64,000 nt of DNA. Source: a virus. Under the pieces are notes generated by a model. The model had not been told where the DNA came from, did no database searches, and worked only from the letters and a program-made list of their open reading frames with translations. A program made the position numbers and the translations under genes. Numbering within the stretch: position 1 is the first letter of the stretch; each line of letters opens with the position of its first letter. This document shows, piece after piece, positions 48,127 to 57,106 of the stretch. The DNA is taken from the IMG/VR virus record IMGVR_UViG_3300032895_000002, positions 3,750 to 67,749 of that record; one strand, given 5' to 3'.

Positions 48127-50028
48127 TCAGGCCGCGATCGCCAGGTCGGAATCGACGCCGCGATCGTATTGCAGGCGGAACTGCGCCAGCACGGCGAACA
48201 GCCGCAGCTGGTTCACGAGGTCTGGCGGATAGAGGACGTTCAGCCGGTTCGCGTTATTCGAATCGCGCTCGACCAACAGATGCTTCTTGAAGTTGCGGGT
48301 GTCCTCGACCAGGCCGTTGAACTCGTCCATCCGATACTGAGCGATCAGCTCGCCCTTGGCGATGCCGGGCGTGAGGATCGCCTGGCCGGGGCCGAACCTG
48401 GTCCCGTCGTTGGCGAGCTTGTGACGCGGGAATTTGCTGGTGATCGCCTGGCGCTGGTTGCGCAGCACCCGCGCGAGCGTCGCCAGCGTGGTCACCAGCT
48501 CATAGGCGTCATCCTCGAAGCCGTAGAGGTTGAGCTGGTAAGTCGTGGTTTCCCGGCTGATCATCGGCTCATCGCCGTCGCCTGGAATCTGGGTGGCGAG
48601 GCCGTGGTGCGCGAGCACGTTGACCTCGGGGAGATCGAACCGCTCGTTTTCCGGCGCGAGCTTGATCCCCTTGAGGCCCAAGGTTTGCAGCGGCCGGGCC
48701 GGATCGTTGATCAAGCCGCGCTGCGCCTTGGCGGTATAGGCCGCCGCCCATTCGAACGCCGGCGAGGGCGAGGCCGCCTCGAAGGCCATGACCGACATGA
48801 CGGGCGAGTTGCGGAACTCGCTGAACGTCAGCAGGCTCCGCAAGTCGCCGCGGCGAGCGGAGAAGCAATGGCCGTAGAGCTGACGCCGCCAGCCCCATCG
48901 GCCCATGTCCGAGAAGCCGTACTCGTCCTCCCAGGCGCGCAGCGAGTTCGTATCGGTGTAGGGGATGCAGGCGTATTCGTAATTCGTCTCGCGCAGGTTA
49001 TCGATCGCGTCATCGAAATTCGGCTCCCCGACGCCGCCGGTCAGATGCCCGGTCGCGGGCAGCTGCAGGTCGAGGCCGGTCGGCAGAATCTCGCCGCCCC
49101 GCCGGCCGGAATAGTTGAGCGACAGGCGGATTTCGTTTCCGGACGAGCCGGCCCATTTGCAAATAACGGTGACGTCGGCCGCAGCCGCAGCCCGCCCGGC
49201 CCGACGGCTCTGGATGACCTCGTTGATCACAGGCCGGGTGACGTTGGTCGGCGCGGCGATCGGCGGCGGCGTGATCGGCCCGATCGGATCGCTGACGGCC
49301 GGCAAGCTGTCGCCGCCGGCGTTATGCGCGATGACCGAGGCCTTGATCGTCTTATCCTCGTCATCATCATCCAGCGTATAGTTTGTCGCGGTCGCGCCGG
49401 GGATCGGCACATCGTCGCGCAGCCAAGCGCGGGTGAAGCTGTCCGGACTGCCGGTCCACACGCCATCGGTCATCGTCAGCTCGACGCCGATCTCCGGCGC
49501 GCCGGAAACGGTCGGCGACGACAGGCTGAGCGGCGGCCCGCCGGCGCCGGGGCCGGAGGCGATGATCGGCAGATCGCCGCGGGCGTTGATGGCGTCGGCG
49601 ATCGCGTCGGCGATATCCTCCTCGCTGTCCGCGCTGCCGATGTTGACCGGCACGTGATCAGCGCCGACGTACAAATGGATCGTCCCCGCTTCGGTCGCCG
49701 CGGCGTTGACGGTCATCACCCCGCTCGCCTTGGTTCCGGGGCTCGGCTCCTTGCAGCCGACGCCCCAGACCTCGTTGGCGAAGTTGTTGGCGAAGAACGC
49801 CTTGAACATTCGGCTCATCTCGGAGCCTTGCCCGAACCGGGCGTCGGCTTGGCTTTGGGTGGCGATCGGCGTCGGCACGCTCTCCTCGGCGTCGCCTTCG
49901 GGCAGCATGATTCCGGCGAGCAGAGCCGGGAGGCGGAACGACGGCAGGCCGGCCATCGAGGAATCGACCTCCGCCCAATAGAGGGGAACTTTCCAATTGG
50001 CCGGGATGGCGGTGAACGAGATCGGCAT
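48127..50028 (-). CDS. Tail sheath protein (Mu gpL-like) with Ig-like insertion
   Basis: VPLYWAEVD, FGQGS, DPARPLQTL, PDLVNQLRLFA. Confidence 0.92.
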   Translation of the reverse strand: MPISFTAIPANWKVPLYWAEVDSSMAGLPSFRLPALLAGIMLPEGDAEESVPTPIATQSQADARFGQGSEMSRMFKAFFANNFANEVWGVGCKEPSPGTKASGVMTVNAAATEAGTIHLYVGADHVPVNIGSADSEEDIADAIADAINARGDLPIIASGPGAGGPPLSLSSPTVSGAPEIGVELTMTDGVWTGSPDSFTRAWLRDDVPIPGATATNYTLDDDDEDKTIKASVIAHNAGGDSLPAVSDPIGPITPPPIAAPTNVTRPVINEVIQSRRAGRAAAAADVTVICKWAGSSGNEIRLSLNYSGRRGGEILPTGLDLQLPATGHLTGGVGEPNFDDAIDNLRETNYEYACIPYTDTNSLRAWEDEYGFSDMGRWGWRRQLYGHCFSARRGDLRSLLTFSEFRNSPVMSVMAFEAASPSPAFEWAAAYTAKAQRGLINDPARPLQTLGLKGIKLAPENERFDLPEVNVLAHHGLATQIPGDGDEPMISRETTTYQLNLYGFEDDAYELVTTLATLARVLRNQRQAITSKFPRHKLANDGTRFGPGQAILTPGIAKGELIAQYRMDEFNGLVEDTRNFKKHLLVERDSNNANRLNVLYPPDLVNQLRLFAVLAQFRLQYDRGVDSDLAIAA

Positions 50029-50113
50029 GGCTCATCCTCCCTTTCAGGGGGTTGGTGGTGCGGTCGGGTTGCGAGGGTTGGCGGCCTTGAAGCCGGGACG
50101 CCGCGGCGGCGCT

Positions 50114-50374
50114 TTAGGTCTTGGCGGCGAGGACGATCGCGCCCTCTTTCAGCCGTCGCCGGGTGAAGCGGTCAAAGGGCCACTCGGCGCCGCCGGTGGC
50201 ATGGAAGCCGACGCCGCTCGGGTGAGTGAGCAACCGGCGCATGGCGTCGTCGCCAGGCATGACCTTGACCCGCGGCGTCGCGTTGGCCCGTTTGATCATG
50301 TCGAGCCGCGCCAGCCGCGCGTTGCCCGCCGGCGTGCGGGTGGCCGGCGCCATCTGCATTCTGGTTTCAACCAT
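50114..50374 (-). CDS. Small pre-sheath protein (DUF2635-like)
   Basis: WP.D.FT.RRL.EG.I. Confidence 0.6.
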   Translation of the reverse strand: MVETRMQMAPATRTPAGNARLARLDMIKRANATPRVKVMPGDDAMRRLLTHPSGVGFHATGGAEWPFDRFTRRRLKEGAIVLAAKT

Positions 50375-51026
50375 GCTTCGCACTCCCGTTCTTCGGCCGC
50401 ATGAAGCGGATCGGCATTTCGACCTGTTGGATTTTGTCGTGATCCGGGAAGCCGATGGCCGTCTTGAAGTCGACTTCCAGAAGCTCGTCCTCGATCGCCG
50501 GCTCAAAGTCGCGCCGGTAGAGCAGCGAGACCTCGTATTGCTGTTCGGCGATCGGCGTTTCGTTGGCCGCGGCGAGCGCGCCATAGACCCGGCGCGCCAT
50601 CTGGCGCGGGATCGCCTCGAAGCGGGCGTTCATCGGCGTGCCGTGGCCTAGATGCGGGTTCCACGTATCGAGGAAATTCGTCAGGTAGGGATCGCGCCAC
50701 AGCCCGCCCATCAGCGCGACGTAGAGCCGGTCGAGGGTCGTCTCGGTCGCCCGCGGGTCGTTGTTCATGATCACCATCGAGAAGCCGATCCGGGCGGTGA
50801 CCACGAAGCTGAGATTGCCGGCGTTGCCGTCGCCCTCGGGGATCATGGTTTCGTCGATCAGATAGACGCCGAGTGAGGGCAGATCGGCGGTCTGAGTCGG
50901 CAGCTGTTTGGTCTCGCGCGAGGTGAAGCCGTCGAACGCCGGCAGGCGTAACGCCGCCTCCATGAACGCGTCGCGCAGCGCCAGCGTGAAGCTCTGCGTC
51001 TCCTCCTCGATCGCGCGCGGCTTCAC
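50367..51026 (-). CDS. Putative tail terminator
   Basis: Position; LPSLGVY...E. Confidence 0.6.
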   Translation of the reverse strand: MKPRAIEEETQSFTLALRDAFMEAALRLPAFDGFTSRETKQLPTQTADLPSLGVYLIDETMIPEGDGNAGNLSFVVTARIGFSMVIMNNDPRATETTLDRLYVALMGGLWRDPYLTNFLDTWNPHLGHGTPMNARFEAIPRQMARRVYGALAAANETPIAEQQYEVSLLYRRDFEPAIEDELLEVDFKTAIGFPDHDKIQQVEMPIRFMRPKNGSAKHG

Positions 51027-51382
51027 GGCCGGCTCGGTTCGAAACGGCGGATGACGAGCGTGGTCAGTCCGCCACCGTCCTGCGAGCCGCTGACTACCTC
51101 GAACGTGCCGGCGGCCGGCACCGTCCCGTCAGCCGGGATGTGAATTCGATCACGCTGCCGCGGCACGACGGCGAATTCGGCGTCGCGGACGTCGAGGTAG
51201 GTCTGCTGGTCGGTAACGACCGAGCCGTCCTCGGCCCCCACGTCAAGTTCGGTGGTCCCGAGATAGCCGCGCGCCCGATAGCTTCCAACGCCCGGCTGGG
51301 AGGCGATCGGCGTGACGTCGATCGGCCGGGCGAACACATCCATCGCCGGCAGCTTCACGAGCGCTGACATATCGAGGCCCAT
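51023..51382 (-). CDS. Head-tail joining protein
   Basis: Position; DGGG.T.L. Confidence 0.65.
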   Translation of the reverse strand: MGLDMSALVKLPAMDVFARPIDVTPIASQPGVGSYRARGYLGTTELDVGAEDGSVVTDQQTYLDVRDAEFAVVPRQRDRIHIPADGTVPAAGTFEVVSGSQDGGGLTTLVIRRFEPSRP

Positions 51383-51763
51383 TCAGAAGCTCCGATCGAG
51401 AAGATTGCGGAACCGCTCTTGGAAGCGGTCGATCAATTCGCGCCGCAGCGGTGGCCGGCTTGAAAGGACGATGCGCTGGTGCTGGCCGGCTTTCTTGAGC
51501 CGGCGGATCACGCGGCGGCGGCGCTTCACCCGGCGGCGCGAGGTCGGCCAGACGACGGTCGAAGCGCGGGTGAAGTTGGCGGTCGGGCGTTGGACGTCGA
51601 GCGTCCGCGAGGTCGCGAAGCGCCGGTTCATGTCGTTCTCTTGCCAGTCGGCGAACTCGACCGGCAGCGCCGCCCTCAGCTCCTCGGCCTCGCGCTCGAT
51701 TCGATCGAGATGGCGCAGGATCGCGTCCACGGGATCGACGTCCGCGGTGATCTCCATTTTCAA
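51383..51763 (-). CDS. Basic neck-region protein
   Basis: Position; Arg-rich. Confidence 0.55.
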   Translation of the reverse strand: MKMEITADVDPVDAILRHLDRIEREAEELRAALPVEFADWQENDMNRRFATSRTLDVQRPTANFTRASTVVWPTSRRRVKRRRRVIRRLKKAGQHQRIVLSSRPPLRRELIDRFQERFRNLLDRSF

Positions 51764-51787
51764 ACCTTCAGTTGAAGTCTTGAAACC

Positions 51788-52432
51788 TCACGCCCAAAGG
51801 CGGGTGTAATGATCGAGCAGCGCGTCGACCGCCGGGATGCCGGAGCGCGTCGCCGCGCCGGCGCCGGCGGCCTTGGTCTGCTGGTTCGGATCGAAGAACA
51901 GCACTCGGCTATCCTTGTGAGCGATCATGCGGATGCCCTCGATCGATTCTCGGGTCGCCTGGCTGCGCGCCTGGCTGAGCATGAGGAGCGTCGCCTGCTT
52001 GAGATCGAGCGGCGCTTCGTCCGGCAGCTTGTAGCCGCCCGAATAAGTGATGGTGACCGGCTCGGCGAAGCGGCCGAAACCCCACAGCGTGCCGCTTTCC
52101 TCCTCGAGTGCGTAATCGCCTGGCGCGAGCGGACCGCCGCCGCGGCCGGTGGTGACCTCCTCGATCTCATCCTCGTCAATCGGGAAGTGCCGCAGAAACA
52201 GCTTGGTCGCGGCGAAGTCGAACCACGTCTCGACGACCTTCTGTTTCGCCATCATGCGGTTGCACAGCCGCATGATAGTCGCCGAGGCGATGGCGATCTG
52301 CAGCTCGAGCGTTTCGTCGGCGATGCTGTCGCCGCCGTCGACCGGCAGGCCGAGCAAGAGCTTGGCTTCGCGCACCGAGAGGAAGCTCGCCTTCTCGGCC
52401 GGCTCGAGAACCTTGACCCGGACGTCAGCCAT
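51788..52432 (-). CDS. Head-tail connector/adaptor
   Basis: LS..EAK..LG, ITYSGGY..P..AP.DLKQA, LL..Y. Confidence 0.8.
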   Translation of the reverse strand: MADVRVKVLEPAEKASFLSVREAKLLLGLPVDGGDSIADETLELQIAIASATIMRLCNRMMAKQKVVETWFDFAATKLFLRHFPIDEDEIEEVTTGRGGGPLAPGDYALEEESGTLWGFGRFAEPVTITYSGGYKLPDEAPLDLKQATLLMLSQARSQATRESIEGIRMIAHKDSRVLFFDPNQQTKAAGAGAATRSGIPAVDALLDHYTRLWA

Positions 52433-52531
52433 TGTTCATTCACCCGCTTTGACGCGCTGCGTTGGTTTTGTGCGTCTCATCCGCTGCGGTGAGCGTGAGC
52501 CTTGAGTGATCGGGCTTGGGAGCGCAGCGCG

Positions 52532-53542
52532 TCACCAATTCGGCGTCAGCCAGGCGACCGCCGGCGCGCGCATGACCCAGCTCACCGGCAAGATGAACCG
52601 GAGCCCGGTCGAATCGGTCTGCCAGGCGGAGCGGACCGGCGAAGCCATCACGCCGCCGTCGTCGACGATCTCCGCCGGCATGTCGTCCATATGCAGCATG
52701 ACCTCGCCGCCGGCGTCGATCCGCGGCGGGTCGATCGCCACCGCGAGCGCCGCCGCGGCGACCGCGATCAAATTCGGCTGGTCGGCGATCAAGAGCGGGA
52801 AAGGCGAACGCGGGCCGATGAAGCCGCGCATCATCATGCGCACCGCGGTTTTGACCGGAGCGATAAGGGCGATGTTGCCGTTGCCGCCATAGGCGGCGAG
52901 CGCGCCGACAAGGGTCTGGACGTCCGCGACCATCGCGTCGTTCGGATTGGTCGTGGCCGCCTCGGCGTCCTCCGGGTTGACGCCGGCGAGGAGCCCGGGC
53001 GGGCGCAGGCCGGCGACGCCGGGATTTTCGCTGAACAGCCAGCGGTCGAGCGCCGGGCCGATGTTGTCGGCGAGCCTCGCCCGCACCACCGCCTCGGCCG
53101 AGCTTGAGCGCATCATTTCGTTCGACAGGGCGACGATGGTCCCGATCTTATACGGCGTCATGCTGACCGCTACGGCCATGCCGGCGACAACCGGGATCGG
53201 CGCGCCCTCGCGCACCCAATCGGCTTGCGGCAGGGTGCTGATCCGCGGCAGGGCGATGGTCGCCGCGTTGCCGAACGTCAAGCTGCTCGCGAGGGCGAAC
53301 AATCCGGCCGCGGCGCTATACGGCGTGAGCCCGGCCAGGAATTCGGTCAGCACGCCTTGCAGCTCCGGCGTGTCGGCGAGGCTCGCCGGCGAGACGCCGG
53401 CGCGCAGCACCATCTCGACCACCGGATCATCCGGCCAGCGGGTCGCGCCGGGCTCAGTCGCGCGAATGACCCGCAAGGCGCAAGCGCGATAGAGCGAGCG
53501 AACTCCGCCGGAGCGGGCGAATTGCCGTTCCTGAATCATCAT
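52532..53542 (-). CDS. Stand-alone HK97-like capsid paralogue
   Basis: [32 protein letters not shown] match the main capsid. Confidence 0.78.
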   Translation of the reverse strand: MMIQERQFARSGGVRSLYRACALRVIRATEPGATRWPDDPVVEMVLRAGVSPASLADTPELQGVLTEFLAGLTPYSAAAGLFALASSLTFGNAATIALPRISTLPQADWVREGAPIPVVAGMAVAVSMTPYKIGTIVALSNEMMRSSSAEAVVRARLADNIGPALDRWLFSENPGVAGLRPPGLLAGVNPEDAEAATTNPNDAMVADVQTLVGALAAYGGNGNIALIAPVKTAVRMMMRGFIGPRSPFPLLIADQPNLIAVAAAALAVAIDPPRIDAGGEVMLHMDDMPAEIVDDGGVMASPVRSAWQTDSTGLRFILPVSWVMRAPAVAWLTPNW

Positions 53543-54891
53543 GAGGTCTCGCTCTCGAACTGCTCAAAGAACGGCCGAAGCTCGATCGGCGGGCCTTCGC
53601 TGCGGTCGCTGAGAATGGGAAAGACCGTATAGGTGTCGCGCTCGATGCGGTTCGCCACCCATTCGCGCGCCGGCGCGCCGTCGACCCCAGCCGGCCCGCG
53701 CTCGCCCTTCTCGCCGCGGTCGCCCTTCGCGCCCTTGGCGCCTGGCTCGCCTTTATCGCCGCGCTTCCCGACCAGGGCGAGACATTGCCAGCCCTCGCCG
53801 GGACATTCGCCGGGCTGATCATGCTTGGCGATGAACGATGAGCCGTTGGTCATCACGATATCGAGTTCGCGATAGTCAGCCGCGCGGTCGAAGGTGCCGC
53901 GGCTCCGCGGGCTCACGCCGTCGCGACCGCTCGCCGCGAGCAACCGCCAGGCGTCGTGATCGGGCGGCGGCTCGCCGGTGTCCTTGATCGCCTGATAAAG
54001 CGCGCCCATGAAGGTGACGCATTGGGCGCGGTAATAGACCCGCTTGGCCTCATATTCGCCGATGAGCGGCAGTAGGCCAGGCGGACCTTCGAGACCCTGA
54101 TCGCCCTTCGCGCCGGTCTCGCCCTTGTCGCCCTTCTCGCCCTTGTAGCCGCGCTCGCCCGGCTCGCCGCGCGCGCCTTGCGGCCCTCGTTCGCCCTGCG
54201 CCCCCTGCGGCCCCATAGGGCCGACCTCGCCGGGCGTCCCGGGCTGGCCGGGCTCGCCCCGCGCCCCTTGCGGCCCCCGCTCTCCCTGCGGCCCCTGCTG
54301 GCCCTGCGGCCCGATCTCGCCGGGCGCGCCCGGTTGTCCCGGCTCGCCGCGGATTCCTTGCAGGCCACGTTCGCCCATCGGCCCCTGCGGGCCGACCGGT
54401 CCCATCTCGCCTGGCGCGCCGGCTAGGCCCGGTTCGCCCCGCGCGCCCTGCGGCCCGCGCTCGCCCTGGACGCCTTGCGGACCCATGGGGCCCTCGGCCC
54501 CGGCCGCGCCGGTCTGGCCCGGCTCGCCGGGCAGGCCGCGCTCGCCTTGCGGCCCCATCGGACCGCGCTCGCCCTTCTCGCCCGGCGGCGGCTGAGTGAA
54601 GCCCTCGACCCGGTTGGCGACCCGGATCAGATGCTCGACCTCGCGGTCGGCGTCGCGCTTCCAGCCAAGCTGAATGTCGATCGAGCGGCCTTGGATATCG
54701 CCGGCCAGGCCGTTGATCTTAGCCATGAGATCGGACGCCAGCGTCCTGAATTTCTGCTCGAACTCGTTGGCGAGGTCGGCGAACAGCTGCGAGATCAGCG
54801 CCTCGGCGAAGGCGTTGACATTACTGGTAGCGGTCGCGGCGGAGGGCTGCGACGGTGCGTCGGGCGTTGGCAAGCGCTCGTTTGATTTCAT
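53539..54891 (-). CDS. Collagen-like head-region protein
   Basis: Long Gly-X-Y tract with ~30-aa periodicity, then small aromatic modules. Confidence 0.75.
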   Translation of the reverse strand: MKSNERLPTPDAPSQPSAATATSNVNAFAEALISQLFADLANEFEQKFRTLASDLMAKINGLAGDIQGRSIDIQLGWKRDADREVEHLIRVANRVEGFTQPPPGEKGERGPMGPQGERGLPGEPGQTGAAGAEGPMGPQGVQGERGPQGARGEPGLAGAPGEMGPVGPQGPMGERGLQGIRGEPGQPGAPGEIGPQGQQGPQGERGPQGARGEPGQPGTPGEVGPMGPQGAQGERGPQGARGEPGERGYKGEKGDKGETGAKGDQGLEGPPGLLPLIGEYEAKRVYYRAQCVTFMGALYQAIKDTGEPPPDHDAWRLLAASGRDGVSPRSRGTFDRAADYRELDIVMTNGSSFIAKHDQPGECPGEGWQCLALVGKRGDKGEPGAKGAKGDRGEKGERGPAGVDGAPAREWVANRIERDTYTVFPILSDRSEGPPIELRPFFEQFESETS

Positions 54892-56236
54892 CGGGATCAA
54901 GCTCCGGGGCTCGAGCTGGCGCCGCCGGCGCGCCGGGCGGGCCTGGCGCCGGCGCGATGATCTTGCCGGCCGCCGAGAGAGGAACGACTTGCTGCTGCAC
55001 GCGCGGCTCGTCGCCGAACGGCACCCGATCGAGGCCTTCCGAGTTGCGCGCGTCGTTGGGTGAGAAAATGCCGCCCTGCACCGCCTTGGTCAGAGCGTCC
55101 ATCCGATCCTTGAATGCCGAGCGCAGCAGCGCGTCGGTCGAGAACTCGATGTATTCGTAAGGCTGGCCGCGCAGGCGGAAGAACAGGCCGAAACCTTCCT
55201 CGATATGGGCGAGCGCGAAGCCGAGGCCGGTCGCGATCCACATCTGCATGAGCACTTCGGTCGAGCCGCCGGGCGAGCCGCCGCCGAGGCCGAGGATTTG
55301 GAGTGGGATGCGGAAGGCGAGCGCGATGTGCTCCTCGGAGATCTTGAGGAATTCGGCCATCTGAGCATCGCGGCTCGACACGTTCCATGGATTGACCTTG
55401 AGCCCGGCGGTGAGGATCGGCGTGCCGCCGGCTTTCAACAGCTTGGATTGCTCGTCCCATCGTTGCCTCAGCTCCTCGACCTGGGCTCGATCAAGCACCA
55501 GGTCGGTCGACAGGACGGCGCTCGGCCGCGCCTGGTTCAGATAAAACGCGCCCTGTGAGGCGAGGATCGCCCCTTGCGTCATCAGGTCGCCGTAAGTCGC
55601 GGCGAGCGGCGATTCGCCGATCAGCGGCCAGGGTTCGCGAGCGCGCCGGGCGTTGAGGCGGATGTGCAGCACGTCACGGGCGGGGACGATGAATTCCTGA
55701 TTCGCGCTCCGGCCAAGCTGCCGGGCGATCACGTCATTGCCGGCGAGCCGGTAGAACACCTCGCCTTCGGGCGCGAGCAGTGGCCGGGAGAGCGCCGACG
55801 TCATCAGGTGAAATTCGTCAGCCTCGTATCGGTCATTGCGCAGCGCGAGGGCGTAGGCGTTGCCGTCGCTGTAAAGCTCGCGGGCGAGATTGAGCAGAAA
55901 GTCCGAAATGCTCTGATAGGCGTTCGGCTTGCGCAAGAGCCGCGAGGCGGCCGAATTCTCAACCCGCTCGCGCCCGCCCAGCGGCGTCGCGCGCCAATGA
56001 TCGCCGGGACACATGGCGATCGTCTGCGCGTAGGCGGAGACGCAGGCCTCGACGATCGCCGAGCGGCCCATCGTCTCGACGTCGTGGCCCATCTGCCACC
56101 AATTCCAGAACTGGCCCGCCTCGGCGCTGAGCCAGCCGCCGGATAGCGGCAAATACCAGGGACCGGGGCGCGGGGCGCCTTCGACCGCTCGCGTGACGAG
56201 CGCCCGCGCCGCAGCGATAAGGCGCCCGCCGATCAT
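54821..56236 (-). CDS. HK97-family portal protein
   Basis: VEACV, PNAYQ, GNAY, DVLHIR, GESPL, SPNDAR..EGL. Confidence 0.92.
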   Translation of the reverse strand: MIGGRLIAAARALVTRAVEGAPRPGPWYLPLSGGWLSAEAGQFWNWWQMGHDVETMGRSAIVEACVSAYAQTIAMCPGDHWRATPLGGRERVENSAASRLLRKPNAYQSISDFLLNLARELYSDGNAYALALRNDRYEADEFHLMTSALSRPLLAPEGEVFYRLAGNDVIARQLGRSANQEFIVPARDVLHIRLNARRAREPWPLIGESPLAATYGDLMTQGAILASQGAFYLNQARPSAVLSTDLVLDRAQVEELRQRWDEQSKLLKAGGTPILTAGLKVNPWNVSSRDAQMAEFLKISEEHIALAFRIPLQILGLGGGSPGGSTEVLMQMWIATGLGFALAHIEEGFGLFFRLRGQPYEYIEFSTDALLRSAFKDRMDALTKAVQGGIFSPNDARNSEGLDRVPFGDEPRVQQQVVPLSAAGKIIAPAPGPPGAPAAPARAPELDPDEIKRALANARRTVAALRRDRYQ

Positions 56237-56242
56237 CGATCA

Positions 56243-56494
56243 TCAACGCGTTTCGTAACCGCCCGGACGCTTGGCCGGCTGCATCGCCCGCGTCGCGTAT
56301 CGATCCGGGCCGGAGCCGTCATCCCTCTTGGCGATGGCGTCGACCGGCACGCCAAGCGCGGCGAGATCGATCTCCTCTTGCGTCGGCGTCGCATGCCAGT
56401 TGTGGCGCGCCTTGGCCGCCTCGGTCTGCTCGGCGCGGGCCGTGTTCTGCTTGGCGAGCGTATCGCGCGCGGCCTTCTCAGCATCTTCGGTCAT
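56243..56494 (-). CDS. Small head-region protein
   Basis: AGGAG RBS; TPTQEEID. Confidence 0.65.
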   Translation of the reverse strand: MTEDAEKAARDTLAKQNTARAEQTEAAKARHNWHATPTQEEIDLAALGVPVDAIAKRDDGSGPDRYATRAMQPAKRPGGYETR

Positions 56495-56513
56495 TTTCCG
56501 TTCTCCTGGTTGC

Positions 56514-57053
56514 CTATCGCTTGCGACGCGTCGGATGAACCGTCTCGCCGTCATCGCCATTCTCGGGCTCTTGCGCCGCCGCCACGATCGGCCCGACCGC
56601 ATTGGTGCTCACGGTCAGCGAGCCGCCGGCGTTGGTGCCGGTGACGTCGCAAGAGATCATCGCGCCGACGTCGGCGGCGACGAAGGTGTAGCTGGTCCCG
56701 CCGGTGCCGACATTGGTCGCGCCGCGTTTCCATTGCCGGGCGAGGGTCGGCGAGCCTGTCCAGGTGCCATTGGAGACGACCGCCGCCGAGCCCTCCGTGA
56801 GGTTGGGGACCGCCGTCACGACCGGCGCGACGGTGTTCGTCGGCGGCGAGGTCGGCCGGCCTGGCGGCTCAGTCGGATCGAATGATTGCGGGTCGACCGG
56901 CGACAGGTCCCAGCGTTTCAGCATGACGACCTCGCCCTCAGCCATCCGGTCGCTTTCGTCTTGCGAGGGCGTGCCGCGGGTGAGCGCGAATTCGCCGACG
57001 CGCGCCGCCCGCTGCTCAGCGAGAAAGGCGCGCGCTTCATTGAGATCGGTCAT
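56514..57053 (-). CDS. Ig-like domain protein, possible head decoration
   Basis: TPSQDESD N-terminus; NTVAP...GTWTG...QW...SYT...D.G..I...VT.TN. Confidence 0.65.
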   Translation of the reverse strand: MTDLNEARAFLAEQRAARVGEFALTRGTPSQDESDRMAEGEVVMLKRWDLSPVDPQSFDPTEPPGRPTSPPTNTVAPVVTAVPNLTEGSAAVVSNGTWTGSPTLARQWKRGATNVGTGGTSYTFVAADVGAMISCDVTGTNAGGSLTVSTNAVGPIVAAAQEPENGDDGETVHPTRRKR

Positions 57054-57106
57054 TGGCGGAATCTCCTGGAGCCGCCGCCGGGCGCGCCGGCGGCGGTTTG
57101 TTTTGC

